Made by a program: the position numbers and the translations under genes
In this document: positions 39,206 to 51,371 of the stretch, one piece after another
Layout of the letters: each line of letters starts with the position of its first letter
Position numbering within the stretch: the first letter of the stretch is position 1
The notes under the pieces: model-generated
What the model was told of the DNA's origin: nothing
Databases searched by the model: none
The model's input: only the letters and a program-made list of their open reading frames with translations
From: Podarcis cretensis
Taxonomy: Eukaryota
Length of the DNA stretch: 64,000 nt
Direction: 5' to 3'
Assembly (NCBI GenBank): GCA_951804945.1
Contig: OX638157.1
Coordinates: forward strand, 55,180,001 to 55,244,000

Positions 39206-39264
39206 CTAAAGGTTGCAGTGATCCCGCACCGCCATCTTTATGAGGTGAAAACCGGAATGGTCAT
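39206..39264 (-). promoter_or_regulatory. Two tandem uORFs: MTIPVFTS* (39264-39238) and MAVRDHCNL* (39235-39206)
   Basis: gccATGa and aagATGg contexts; second stop is 4 nt before the main ATG. Confidence 0.7.
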
Positions 39265-40670
39265 GGCTGGGGAGGATCGGGAAGAGGCCGGGAGGAGCAG
39301 GGAGAGGCGGCGGCGGGGGGGGGGGGGAGTGGAGAGAAACGGAAGCTCTGCCGAGGCGGGGGGGAGGGGGAGGGGAGGGGGAGAGAGATCGGCTGCTCCG
39401 CCTCGGGGCTCTGCAGGATCGGAGGCAGAGGGCACCCACCCACCCCCTTTCCCTGCTCTGCCGGCTAATTCCGCCGCTCCCAGACCCGTCCAGGAGCCGC
39501 TGGGGGTGGCCGGGGTCTCTCTCTCAGCAGCAGCAGCAGCAGCGCGGCATTTCTGGGGGCGATCGGCTTCTCTCGTGGGCGCGCAGCCGCCACCAGGCGA
39601 GCGCGGATCAGCGGCGCTGGTTTCCAGCAGCTGGGACAGGCGCGATCTCAATCCCCCCGCTTTCCTTCCTCCTCCTCCTCCTCCTCCTCCTCTTCCTCCT
39701 CCTCCGCCTCCTTCCCCCGCAGCGGGTGCTGTTGCGCCTCTTCCCTTCTCTCCATTGCAACGCAGCGCCCGGTGGTCACCTTTGACAGCGGCCGGGGAAG
39801 GGGAGGTCAGGGCTGGGTGAGTGGCGTCGCCACCAGCCAACCGCCCCGGGAAGGGGGCGCGCCGAGCAGCCAATGCCAGAGAGGCGGGAGGCGGGTTCCG
39901 CCAGCTACGGGTCAAAGGGGCACCAAGGCGTTGGGTGTTTCTCCCATCCCCACCATCAAAGAGTCAGGGGTCTCGCCTCTTTTTTCCACGTTTTAGGACG
40001 CCAGGGCAAGATGCCGGCTTCAGATCCTGCAGGAGCAGCACTCAGAAGGGCGACACTTGAGCACACGCGTGCATCAAGTGATAGGGAACACTTGATGCAC
40101 GCGCGCGTGGGGAAACGTCGCCGTTTCCAAGCCTGGGAGAGGATATTTCCTCTCCGCTGGAAGCTGCGCATCCCTCGCGCCGCCTGGGATGCAATTGCTT
40201 TCCAGGCGAATCAGTTCTCACATCCTTGGTGCAGCCAGTCAACTGTGCAGTGATCAAGTGCAGAGAGGGACCCAGTGAGGCATGTGTGCATGTCTTGTAA
40301 AGCAGACGTTTGCTTCTGGAGAAAGAAACATCATCTCCCTCGCTGACAAGGACAAGGGGGAAATGTTACTGATTCTGCTCTTCCACCACCAATATCAAGA
40401 GACATATATAACCAAGGCCACGCAGGAGGAGAGGTGCCCAGCGCGTTTTTAAAAATGCAAAGGATGGCCTGCTGGTTCTTGGGCAGCATTCTGTTCCCAG
40501 AACCCACAAGCAAGACATGAGTAAAATAGCACCCTCCTTCTTAAAGAATGGCATATAAAATGTCATGTTTGCAGCCTGAGAGTTGAATCTTACCCAGTGC
40601 TCTTTGGGGGGGGGGGTACTCAAGGGTTCACAGGATCAGCACCTTTCCTCCCTCCAAATGTTAAAAAGTA

Positions 40671-41042
40671 CAGTGGTACCTCTGGTTACGTACTTAATTC
40701 GTTCCGGAGGTCTGTTCTTCACCTGAAACTGTTCTTAACCTGAAGCACCACTTTAGCTAATGGGGCCTCCTGCTGCTGCCATGCAATTTCTGTTCTCATC
40801 CTGAAGCAAAGTTCTTAACCTGAGGTAATATTTCAGTGGTACCTCGGGTTACATACGCTTTAGGTTACAGACTCCGCTAACCCAGAAATAGTACCTCGGG
40901 TTAAGAACTTTGCTTCAGAATGAGAATAGAAATCATGCACTGGTGGCACGGCAGCAGCAGGAGGCCCCATTAGCTAAAGCAGTGCTTCAGGTTAAGAACG
41001 GACCTCCAGAATGAATTAAGTATGTAACCAGAGGTACCACTG
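40671..41042. mobile_element. Two fused, oppositely oriented Tigger-type MITEs
   Basis: Partial copy 40671-40833 followed by a full copy 40834-41042. Confidence 0.8.
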
Positions 41043-41061
41043 TATGACACTTACTGTAAGG

Positions 41062-41197
41062 CAGGCATCCCCAAACTCAGCCCTCCAGATGTTTTTGGAC
41101 TACAACTCCCATCATCCCTAGCTAACAGGACCAGTGATCAGGGATGATGGGAAATGTAGTCCCAAAACATCTGGAGGGCAGAGTTTGGCGGTGCCTG
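41062..41197. mobile_element. Palindromic hAT MITE, same group
   Basis: TSD ctgtaagg/atgtaagg. Confidence 0.8.
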
Positions 41198-41227
41198 ATG
41201 TAAGGTCTTCAAGGTGAGTACTGGCAC

Positions 41228-41230
<3 letters not shown>

Positions 41231-41274
<44 letters not shown>
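41231..41274. repeat. (TA)n microsatellite
   Basis: Read directly from sequence. Confidence 0.95.
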
Positions 41275-41275
<1 letters not shown>

Positions 41276-42177
41276 CTGATCTTACCGACTTTTAACACTG
41301 GAAACTGGTCAATAGCCTCCAAGTTTAAGACACACAGGGCACACTACATGATGCGCAAAGCTCTGTCTGCAGCATCTCACCTCCCCTTCCTTGCCCCTGG
41401 CCTCTGCCATCTGAGGCAACTGCCTTGCTCTGGTGGGGCAAACCCAGCAGCAGGAGACATAATATCACCCCAACACAAACATTTATCACTGGAGACAACT
41501 CATGCATTCTCTTGCAACTCCCCAAGTGTAATGTGATATGCATGATTTATTGGGGGGGCAGAACCGAGTTATCTGTAATGCAATTGGTTAGGTAAGTTTT
41601 TTTATTATTTACTTGATGGGAGGGCAGCTGCGCCCCTGCACCCCCTGGCTATACTCATGGATGGACAGGAGTTTGCAAAGTGGGCCTAGTGCAGCTGATT
41701 CTGCAAAGTGCCTTTGTCTTGAGAGTGTTGTGCTTGAAGCAATGCCCTGTGATGTGTTCTGGCTGATTCATCCCTTACCATTCATTGCTTGTTGTTGCAG
41801 TTCTTGAATGATGAACAGCCATATGTGTGATCTTAGGCAAGTTTGCCCAGAAGTCAGCTCCACTGAGCTCAGTTCATAGAACTGTAGAGATTAAGAGTCT
41901 CACAAACTACCGACTGAGCTATCTCAGTTCATTAAATGTACACAGAACAGCAATTGTGCAGCGCAATTCCACATATGATTATTTGGAAGCAAGTTCCACT
42001 AAATTTATTGGAACATGCCCCAAGGGGAATGGGGATGGGGCTGCAACTCAGCTAGGTGATCTGCACTTCTGCTAAACAGGCAGCTGCTACACCAAGGCTT
42101 TTCCTTTCAGCCCGCTTTCAAGTTACAGCTGTTTACTGGATTAGTCTCAGCCAGTATGGTCAATTACTAAGCAGTAT

Positions 42178-42522
42178 GGTGGCGCTGTGGGTTAAACCAC
42201 AGAGTCTAGGGCTTGCCGATCAGAAGGTCGGCGGTTCGAATCCCCGCAACGGGGTGAGCTCCCGTTGCTCGATCCCTGCTCCTGCCAACCTAGCAGTTCG
42301 AAAGCACGTCAAAGTGCAAGTAGATAAATAGGTACCGCTCCGGTGGGAAGGTAAATGGCGTATCCGTGCGCTGCTCTGGTGCGCCAGAAGCCTCTTAGTC
42401 ATGCTGGCCACATGACCTGGAAGCTGTACACCGGCTCCCTCGGCCAATAAAGCAAGATGAGCGCCACAACCCCAGAGTCGGCCATGACTGGACCTAATGA
42501 CTGGATCCCTTTACCTTTACCT
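42178..42522 (+). mobile_element. Sauria SINE
   Basis: Head, core and tail present. Confidence 0.9.
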
Positions 42523-42654
42523 TATGGGAGTTGCAGTGCACCAACAATCTGGTTCCCAATCCCTTTTTTAAATACTGTATTCTACTGTAAGTGGCATCTA
42601 GGGTCTTCCATTGTGTGCCCCACCCCAGCTGTGTGACCAATTTTGCTTGTAGAG

Positions 42655-42790
42655 CAGGCTTCCTCAACCTCGGCCCTCCAGATGTTTTTGGCCTACAACT
42701 CCCACGATCCCTAGCTAGCAGGACCAGTGGTCAGGGATGCTGGGAATTGTAGTCTCAAAACATCTGGAGGGCCGAGGTTGAGGAAGCCTG
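42655..42790. mobile_element. Palindromic hAT MITE
   Basis: 8-bp TSD ttgtagag; long TIRs caggcttcctcaacctcggccctccagatg. Confidence 0.88.
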
Positions 42791-43925
42791 TTGTAGAGCA
42801 TCACCCTGGTGTGAGTTTCTGACTATGTTCTGCTTCTCTCTCACCAAACTCCCTACTCCACCCATTCTGCTCCCCTAGCCAGCATAAGGATCCACCACTC
42901 AGTGCGAACTAGCATCAGTAATCTGCTGTAAATCCAGCGTATTTTGTTTGTGTTCCAGCATAGGGCAGTTTTACTAGTGATCCATTCCTGCCCAAAGGCA
43001 TAACTGGAGGCCAGTTTAAAATATTAGTTCACGTTAATAAAATTAGAATTGATTTTATTTTGTCATGCAATGTATATACTTGCCCTTCAAAAAAATAACA
43101 TTTTTTTTTTAAAGATTCAGAAGCTAGTAGAAGAGTATTTCAGTCTCTCAGACACTCTGTTGCTGACCTTAAAAGGGGTGATTCTCAAACAAAGGAAATA
43201 CCAGCATGAAACCACCAAATCACAACTTATCAAGAGAAAAATCCAATCTGATCACTTGGGGGGTTAATAAAGATAACAGATTTGTTTTATTCCAATATAG
43301 GTGTTCATCAGCTTAGCAATGCCAGGATGTTTGCATTATTACAAATGCATCACCTCACAATCTTGTTTGCTGAATGGTGGCATGTCTTTTTTCAATTTTT
43401 CTTGAGGAACTAACTGTAAACTCTGGTTTAACTACCACTGATGCTAAGTTGTTTTGTTTTTTAAAAGTGGGGGGAGGCTCAGCTCACGCCACAATAAGTT
43501 TGTTGGTCTTTTAAGATGCTGTGAGATTGTGTCAAATACAGCTGCCCCTCTGAAAACTAGTAACAAATAAGTGCAATGTTGGCAGGGTGCATATCACAAA
43601 GACGTGTTTTCTTTTTTAATGGTTGACAAAGAAATGCTAGGAAAGCAAGAAATTTTATTCTTCAAAATAGTATCAGGAGGATAAGAACACTGAGCAATTG
43701 TTCTCATTGTATCCCTTCATAACAAACAAAACAGCCTTGTGTTTCCTTTCTCTGGTAAGACAAAACGAACTATTTATAACACAACTGTGCTTATATAATT
43801 TTTATTGAAAGGTCAAAAGAACACCCACCCTTGCATTTCCTTTTCACAGCCTGCTGCTCATTTGCCTCCAAATGCTCTCAACCAAAATGTTATCAGAAAA
43901 TATCCATTTTGCTGTGGGTGGTTGT

Positions 43926-43927
<2 letters not shown>

Positions 43928-43964
<37 letters not shown>

Positions 43965-45094
43965 TTTTATTTATACCTCGCCCTCCCCAGCCAAGGCCGG
44001 GCTCAGAGCGGCTTACAAGCAATAATAAAAACAAGTTGAATGATTACAACTTAAAAACAAAAATAAAATACAGCATTAAAATATTGAAACATTAAAATAT
44101 TAAAATGTAGCCTCATCGCAGGAGGAGAAGGAAAAGAAAAAAGAAAGAGAGGGAGGGAGGGAATCAAATTGGCTGCAAGCCAAAGGCCAGGTGGAACAAC
44201 TCTGTCTTACAGGCCCTGCAGAAAGAAATCAGATCCTGCAGGGCCCTGGTCTCATGAGGCAGAGCGTTCCACCAGACCGGAGCCAGAGTTGAAAAGGCCC
44301 TGGCTCTGGTTGAAGCCAATCTAACTTCCTTAGGGCCCGGGACCACTAGGGTGTTGCTATTTATGGACCTTGAGGCTCTCCGCGGGGTATACCAGGAGAG
44401 GCGGTCCCGTAGATACGAGGGTCCTAGGCTGTGAAGGGCTTTAAAGGTCAAAAGCAGCACCTTAAATCTGACCCTGTACTCCACCGGGAGCCAGTGCAGC
44501 TTGAAAAGCACTGGGTGAATATGTTCCCATGGCAGAGACCCCGTGAGGAGCCTCGCTGCAGCATTCTGCACCCGGTGGAGTTTCTGGGACAGCTTCAAGG
44601 GCAGCCCCACGTAGAGCGAATTACAGTAGTCAAGCCTGGAGATGACCGTCGCATTGATCACTGTGGCCAGGTCAGGGCGGGAAAGGTAAGGGGACCAACT
44701 GCTTGATGCGACGAAGGTGGAAAAATGTCGCTTTGGCTGTTGCTGTAACTTGCGCCTCCATGGAAAGGGAGGCGTCAAGGATTACACCCAAACTCTTAAC
44801 AGAAGGCAATGGCACTAATTGGGCCCCCGCAAGAGAAGGGAGTTGGTCCCTCATCCCCATGCCATCCCGACTCAGCCATAGGACCTCTGTCTTTGAAGGA
44901 TTTAGTTTCAATCGGCTCCCACGAAACCATCCAGCCACAGCTTCCAAGCATCTGGTCAGTGTGTTCGGGGCCAAGTAGGTGTGGCCATCCATCAGCAGAT
45001 AGATCTGAGTGTCATCAGCATATTGGTGACAGCCCAGCCCAAAGCTCCGGATAATCTGGGCAAGGGGGCGCATAAAGATGTTAAAAAGCATCAA
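43928..45094 (-). mobile_element. L2-clade LINE, 5'-truncated, with RT YADD motif, 3'UTR and (TTA)n tail
   Basis: ORFs 44672..45094 (HQYADDTQIY) and 44164..44778 (SRLDYCNSL..QNAAARL), frameshifted. Confidence 0.9.
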
Positions 45095-45760
45095 AGAGCC
45101 TCAAAGCCATACAACTACCTGGACTAGCTAACATTGCTTCACCTTATCTACATTTCAAGCTCATGCGTAGAATTGAATCTCAAAATTCATGGGCCACAAA
45201 CTTCCTCACCCCTCCAAAAGCACACAGAATTAATCCAAGAGTGAACAGCCTGAGCAACAGACAGCATGAGCACACTGACCCCATCAGCTCACCCTGTTCC
45301 CTGGCAGGTCTACTAGCCTGGCTAATGTTGGGCAGAACTGCTGGGAAGAGTGATGGGGTGTGTGCCTTGCTGCCAATTGTTAAGACATTCATGGAATCAT
45401 AGAATTGTAGAGTTGGAAGGGACCACGAGGGTCATCTAGGCCAACCCCCTGCAATGCGGGAATCTTTTGCCCAGCGTAGTGCTCAGACCATGACTCTTGA
45501 GATTAAGCTTCTCATGCAGGTCATCTGAAACAAGAACAACCAGAAACTGATAGTAGGGCATAACAAGTTTATCACTGCCTTTGCTTGTTGTTTCATGCTG
45601 CTGCTATTTGTGGGGGATGGATGGTGGTTCTCAGTGAGACTGTGGAGTCCCAAGGGAGGAGGTGTAGCATTTATTCCAATCTTTCAGCGAGAGCTTGAGT
45701 CTGGGGGACAGCAGCCTGAGAGGAAACAGGCCTGCTGGCCATGAATGCACATGTACTTGA

Positions 45761-46206
45761 TGTCAGGAGCTCAGCCCTACACTTGAGTTGGACCCTGGCA
45801 GAGACACATGCCCGACTGGCATGTTCTCTCCCTCCTGGCCGTTCGTTTGGGAGCTTCATAAGCTTTCTTCAGCCCGAACATCACAACAACTGATACCAAC
45901 CGACACAGGCACACTTAGGGATCCGCAGAGTTTGCGCATCATGCGTAACAGACCTCAGCAACTCAGCATTTTGGCTAATCTACTTTATTTACATATAAAC
46001 ACACATGGAGCACTGCAACATGGCTCCCCCTCTCTCTAGCATCAGACAGCAAAGAGAAAAAACAAAGTACAATAATCCCACTTCATGGAACACAGTAACA
46101 CAAACATCCTGTCTCTGTCACTTCCCACTCTGTGGAGTCAAAACGTACACCGTCGTGTGATAGACAACAATCCCATGATTGCAATCATGGAGCAGGAATT
46201 CTAACA
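45761..46206 (-). mobile_element. Solo LTR (446 bp)
   Basis: TG...CA ends, 5-bp TSD cttga, minus-strand AATAAA; second copy at 60718-61912. Confidence 0.85.
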
Positions 46207-46652
46207 CTTGACTGGGGTCGAAAAACTGGGTGCTTGTTACAGTCTGGTTCTATAGCAGCTCCTTCTATTGAATCAGCATCCTCTTGTATGCTAAGTAAAG
46301 TGCATGATTATTAAGCAGGAGTGGTGGCAGTGGCAATGTATGCAACAATGTTTAGCTTCTTTCTTCTTATTACTGTTATATATTATAAATTATTTATAAT
46401 TGTTTTTATATTATACATTTGCTAATGATATTACATAACTTGTGTTCTAATGATGATATTCTATTATGTCCCTGCTTTTGTTGCTTATTTTGTGTAAGCA
46501 GCTTTGGCATTCATCTGAATGGAAAGTGACAAAGAAGTACAATCAGCCAAGAAAACCAACTTAATTGGGAGTCTTTTTTGTTGTGGTGGCTTTTGTGAAA
46601 CCATTGAGAATCAAAACCCCTTTTTGATTTACTGACAGCTATATGTAGGAGT

Positions 46653-47018
46653 AGGGACGCAGGTGGCGCTGTGGGTTAAAGCCTCAGTGCCTAGGACTTG
46701 CCGATCGAAAGGTCGGCGGTTCGAATCCCTGTGGCGGGGTGCGCTCCCGCTGCTCGGTCCCAGCGCCTGCCAGCCTAGCAGTTCGAAAGCACCTCCGGGT
46801 GCAAGTAGATAAATAGGGACCGCTTACCAGCGGGAAGGTAAACGGCGTTTCTGTGTGCGACTCTGGCTCGCCAGAGCAGCGATGTCACGCTGGCCACGTG
46901 ACCCGGAAGTGTCTCCGGACAGCGCTGGCCCCTGGCCTCTTGAGTGAGATGGGCGCACAACCCCAGAGTCTGTCAAGACTGGCCCGTACGGGCAGGGGTA
47001 CCTTTACCCTTTACCTTT
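46653..47018 (+). mobile_element. Sauria SINE (cccgtacggg tail subtype)
   Basis: Head, core and tail present. Confidence 0.9.
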
Positions 47019-47510
47019 TATATATAGGAGTATACCATTACTTTCTGCCCACACCTATAAAATAGTTTTGTTTGTCACATAAATGAAATATGGGCTGATG
47101 GACAATGACACTGGCAAGCCTTAACTCTATCACACTCTTTTCCTTTTCTTTTAGAAATTCAGCATTGCCCTCATGAATTTGGACAGCATCATGAGTACAT
47201 GTCCTTTTCCTTTTTTTAAGCTCGTCACTTTGATGGTACTGCATTCCTGTCCATTCCCACTCAAGTTCACCTCTGACCATTCTGGAAGGTCCACAGTGGT
47301 TCTCTCAGTCATAAACTAAGAGGGTAGAAACCAGTGGTTTTTTCTATAGTGAGAAGGGAACGGCAGAAGGATTCGTTTTCTGTCTAAGAATTAGACAGTA
47401 GGCAGCCTCACACAGACCTGCCAAATTCATCAGCCAGAACAAGACATCACCAAATGCATAAAGCAGGTTAACACTTTGTGCTAATAGCAAGTTAGGGGCT
47501 TTTATTCCTA

Positions 47511-47974
47511 AAGGTCTGTATAGTAAAAGCTATGGTTTTCCCAATAGTGATGTATGGAAGTGAAAGCTGGACCATAAAGAAGGCTGATTGCCGAAGAATT
47601 GATGCTTTTGAATTATGGTGAATTATGGTGCTGGAGGAGACTCTTGAGAGTCCCATGGACTGCAAGAAGATCAAACCTATCCATTCTTAAGGAAATCAGC
47701 CCTGAGTGCTCACTGGAAGGACAGATCGTGAAGCTGAGGCGCCAATACTTTGGCCACCTCATGAGAAGAGAAGACTCCCTGGAAAAGACCCTGATGTTCG
47801 GAAAGATGGAGGGCACAAGGAGAAGGGGACGACAGAGGACAAGATGGTTGGATAGTGTTCTCGAAGCTACCAGCATGAGTTTGACCAAACTGTGGGAGGC
47901 AGTGGAAGACAGAAGTGCCTGGTGTGCTCTGGTCCATGGGGTCACAAAGAGTCGGACACGACTAAACAACAACA
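47511..47974 (+). mobile_element. RTE/BovB LINE 3' fragment
   Basis: ELWCWRRLLRVPWTARRSNLSILKEI..YFGHLMRREDSLEKTLM; tail gagtcggacacgact followed by (aac)n. Confidence 0.92.
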
Positions 47975-49873
47975 CCTTTATTTACAGCAGCTTTTTGCAG
48001 TTGGTCCGATTCTCCATAAATACCCCTGGAATATGATTATTTTATCGTATAGCCATTCCTTCCTCTACCTTGCAACTTAATTACATTTCATAAAGTTGTA
48101 TTCCCTGTGCAAATTAGTGCCTTTGTAGAGAGAGTCCCAATGAGACTAACCTTCTTTGTGTACATAATATTTGTCTTTATTGCAGCTGCTAGTTGGTTCA
48201 AAAAATTTCCTGCCTTCTGTGGTGTAAAAGCTTGAATAAGGTTGCAGCTGTGACCTAATAATAATTTGGTAACCCATTCAGTGAAGACGTCATAAATTAT
48301 ACTAGCACTGGAGTCATTTAAAATAGGTAAATGCTACAGAAAATATTAATCCTTCCCAGGAACATATGATTTTCCCACCTTTCCTGGAAAATTTATAAAA
48401 CATAAATTAACCATAGAAGAGACATATTGCTGTTCTGTTTTTGTTTTTCCAAGTAAACTAGAAAAAGGGGCATGGACAAATTCAGGGCAATTAAACTGAT
48501 AGCAAATTGAATTGATAGCAAATTAAAATCTCACATGTTCAGAAGCGATATTCCACTGAATATTATTTTTAGTTGCATGTTTCTCTTTCATGGGGGTTGG
48601 GGAACAAAATATTTTTTGTCATAGAGGGATTTGAACTAGTGATTCTAAGGGCATGCTTATACATTTGTGTTTGCCTTAGCAGATAGTACAACAGAAGTCT
48701 CTTGAATATTCCTGTGACACTTTGCCTGGTTGTCTGTGTTGGGGGTGTAGAGCCAGGAAAAGGTCCCAGGACCATCTGTACCATTCCTGATTGGTAGGTT
48801 TTAGTAACATTTCCAGGGACTGTGACAGGTAGGCAGTCTGCCCTATTCACAGTGTTTTGGGATGTTTCTAGCCGTGTGTTTCCGTCCTTGGGATTAGTAT
48901 TGGATACAATGGCAGTTCCTTTGCACAGTGATGTATCTACCCCCGGGTACAGTATTGCTCTTCTGCACCCCTCAAATTCCCCACCATTTGGGGAAGAGGA
49001 GGAGTGTAACAACATTTTGAAGGTGGCCTTTAAGAAACAAAAATAGCACATTATCATTGAAGGGTTGACAAGGAGTGCAAAATGGTCCTTCTGCCTTTGT
49101 AAAATACATACTGCTTCTATGTGCTCTTTTTCCATCCAGTATTTGTGTATGGCAATCTAGAAATGTTAATTGCAGGGCATATGCATAGTGGAAGTCAAAT
49201 AGTGGGGTGCACTGACAGTATGTGGGCTGAAGACATACTACGAGCTATTTTCAGCATCGTATAATAAGACCAACATGTATAGGGTAAGCATAAATCCATG
49301 CAATAGCAGCAGCCAGGGACTCCAAATTGAAATTGCAGCTTGACTAGCTTTTATTTATGGCTTGTATTCTTCATAAAAGTTCATGGGGTAATTTTGAATG
49401 AAGGATAGAAGTGTGTTCATGTTTATTATTGCAATGCTCTCTGGGCCTTGCCGGGCCTTGTGCACAAATATCTAGAATGATTTTTAAAGTTGCTTTTAAA
49501 AAGAAGAAGAAGAAGAACTGGCATGTTTGCTGCTTTGCCAGTGGAGACAGAGCCTGGCCCATTTGCAAGATGGCACTTGTGCTTCCAGAACCTTTCCTTC
49601 ACATTCATGGAAGTGATTCACGGCAAGTGCAAACGTCTCGCTGTTGGTGTCCTGCTTACTCTGGCCACAACTAGACAGCGGGGCTTTGCATCTGGCACTT
49701 GTTCTCCCTTAGATTCCCACCCCTCTCAGATAGGATGGTTGTGCCCTTGAAAATGTAGCTGGCCAACTCTGTGGTCCACATTACCAATCCAAACTGAACT
49801 ACAAATGTCAATGGCAACACCAATAATTCGCATTTTTATTTTTTAAAAAAACCCACTTATTTTTACTATAAAT

Positions 49874-49990
49874 AGCATGGTGCTGATAATGCCAAGGTCA
49901 GAGGTTCAATTCCCATATGGGACAGCTGCACATTCCTGCATTGGAACAGATGATCCTCAGGGTCCCTTCTAACTCTCTGATTCTGTGATC
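49874..49990 (+). mobile_element. Short tRNA-derived SINE with CR1-like tail (lacertid POM-SINE-like)
   Basis: ggtgctgataatgccaaggtcagaggttcaattccc head; cagggtcccttctaactct...gattctgtgat tail. Confidence 0.55.
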
Positions 49991-50027
49991 TAGAAAGGGA
50001 GAGTTGGATTAAGAAGGAAATACAGTA

Positions 50028-50253
50028 CAGTGGTACCTCGGGTTACATACGCTTCACGTTACAGACTCCCCTAACCCAGAAATAGTGCTTCAGGTTAAGA
50101 ACTTTGCTTCAGGATGAGAACAGAAATTGTGCTTCGGCGGCGCTGCGGCAGCAGGAGGCCCCATTAGCTAAAGTGGTGCTTCAGGTTAAGAACAGTTTCA
50201 GGTTAAGAACGGACCTCCGGAATGAATTAAGTACTTAACCCGAGGTACCACTG
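50028..50253. mobile_element. Tigger/pogo-type MITE
   Basis: TIRs and TA TSD. Confidence 0.85.
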
Positions 50254-50869
50254 TACTGTACTAGCAAGGCTGCTTGATCCAGCCTTTGCGGAAACCAGAT
50301 ACACAACAGAGAGCAATAGGCGGGAGCCCAACTCTCCCGCAGCTCTAAACTGCAACTAGAAATGGCGGCGCTCATAACAAAGTAACACCTTGTACTGTTA
50401 CGCTGCAGTTCCACTTATTTCGTGGGCCAAACCTGCGCATCAAATAGCACAATGCAAAGCGATGGCGAACTGCAACCCCCACCTCCCCAATGTCACGAGG
50501 GGGAAACCAGTCGCGGGCTACACGGCAGGGCGACTGCAAGCCACCGTCTCTTAATATTTATCCTCCTGCAATGCGCAGAGAATGGACAGCATCTCCCTTC
50601 CCCCTTCAAGCAAGAAGCGCCTGCTCCCTTTTCCATTTCCACAGTGGTTGGATGGCCACCTGTCCTGTTTGACCGAGTTCCCTGCATTAAAAGGGGGTTG
50701 GACTGGATGACCCTCAGGGACCCCTTCCAACCTCTCCCATTCTACATAGCTGTCAACTCTTCCCTTTTTTTAAGGGAAATTCCCTTATTCCGAATAGCAT
50801 TCCTGGCAAGAAAGGGGTAAAGTTGACAGCTATGCATTCTAGCATTCTATGCCTATTGCTTAGCCCACC

Positions 50870-51110
50870 TCCCTCGCCAATCCCGCCTTCTCATTCAGAT
50901 AAGTCACGTGCCTTCTCCTCTCCACCAATCAGCGACGCAGCCAGAAGAGGCGCTTGCCTGGAGTGGACGAATTCTCTCTCTTCCCACCCCACCCCCCACC
51001 GCTCGCGCCGTTCTCATCCATTGCGCGCGCCCTGGGCCCTAAGTCTCGCGCGATCGGCTTTGCCCGCTCGCTATATAAACCCGCTGAAGGCGCACTTCCC
51101 TCCCTTTTGC
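50870..51110 (+). promoter_or_regulatory. Promoter of snoRNA host gene: CCAAT x2, E-box, TCTCGCGAGA-like motif, TATA, pyrimidine (TOP-type) initiator
   Basis: CCAAT 50877 and 50925; CACGTG 50905; TCTCGCGCGA 51044; TATATAA 51072; CTTCCCTCCCTTTT 51095-51108; CpG island. Confidence 0.8.
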
Positions 51111-51236
51111 GCCCTTTGCGCCGCTGGGCTGGTGGACCGGGGTGGTTTGGCGCTGCTGGGCCTACCGAGGTTGGAGGTAAGCATGGCCGCGGGCGAGGTG
51201 GAGCTGGCCTTGAAATTGGACTTCCCCCCCCCGCGG

Positions 51237-51371
51237 AGCCCCTTAAACATTGCGCGCCGCAAGCGTCCCGTGCTTGAGGTGGTCAACACAGGGGGGCAGA
51301 GGATCCCTCTCACTGAAACCCGGGGCAGGGCTGCCGCCCTCTGCTTCCGGATCCTGTCGTGAGAGACACGT
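51237..51371 (+). ncRNA. Second, diverged GC-rich SNORA26 paralogue (H/ACA snoRNA)
   Basis: H box AGAGGA 51298-51303, ACA 51366-51368. 3' hairpin CTCTCAC/GTGAGAG with pocket TGAAAC...ATCCTGTC. Shares CTTAA, GTGCTT and CAACACA with the 54625 copy. Confidence 0.78.

Larger units (their letters stand above)
38950..40200. promoter_or_regulatory. CpG island: USP46 promoter and 5'UTR
   Basis: Very GC/CpG-rich; GC boxes, CCAAT near 39870, (CAG)n and (CCT)n tracts; spans coding exon 1. Confidence 0.9.

Noticed and set aside
38951-39915. 289-aa (+) and 225-aa (-) ORFs over the USP46 promoter
   Set aside because: Low-complexity translations of a stop-poor CpG island and triplet repeats; no domain signal.
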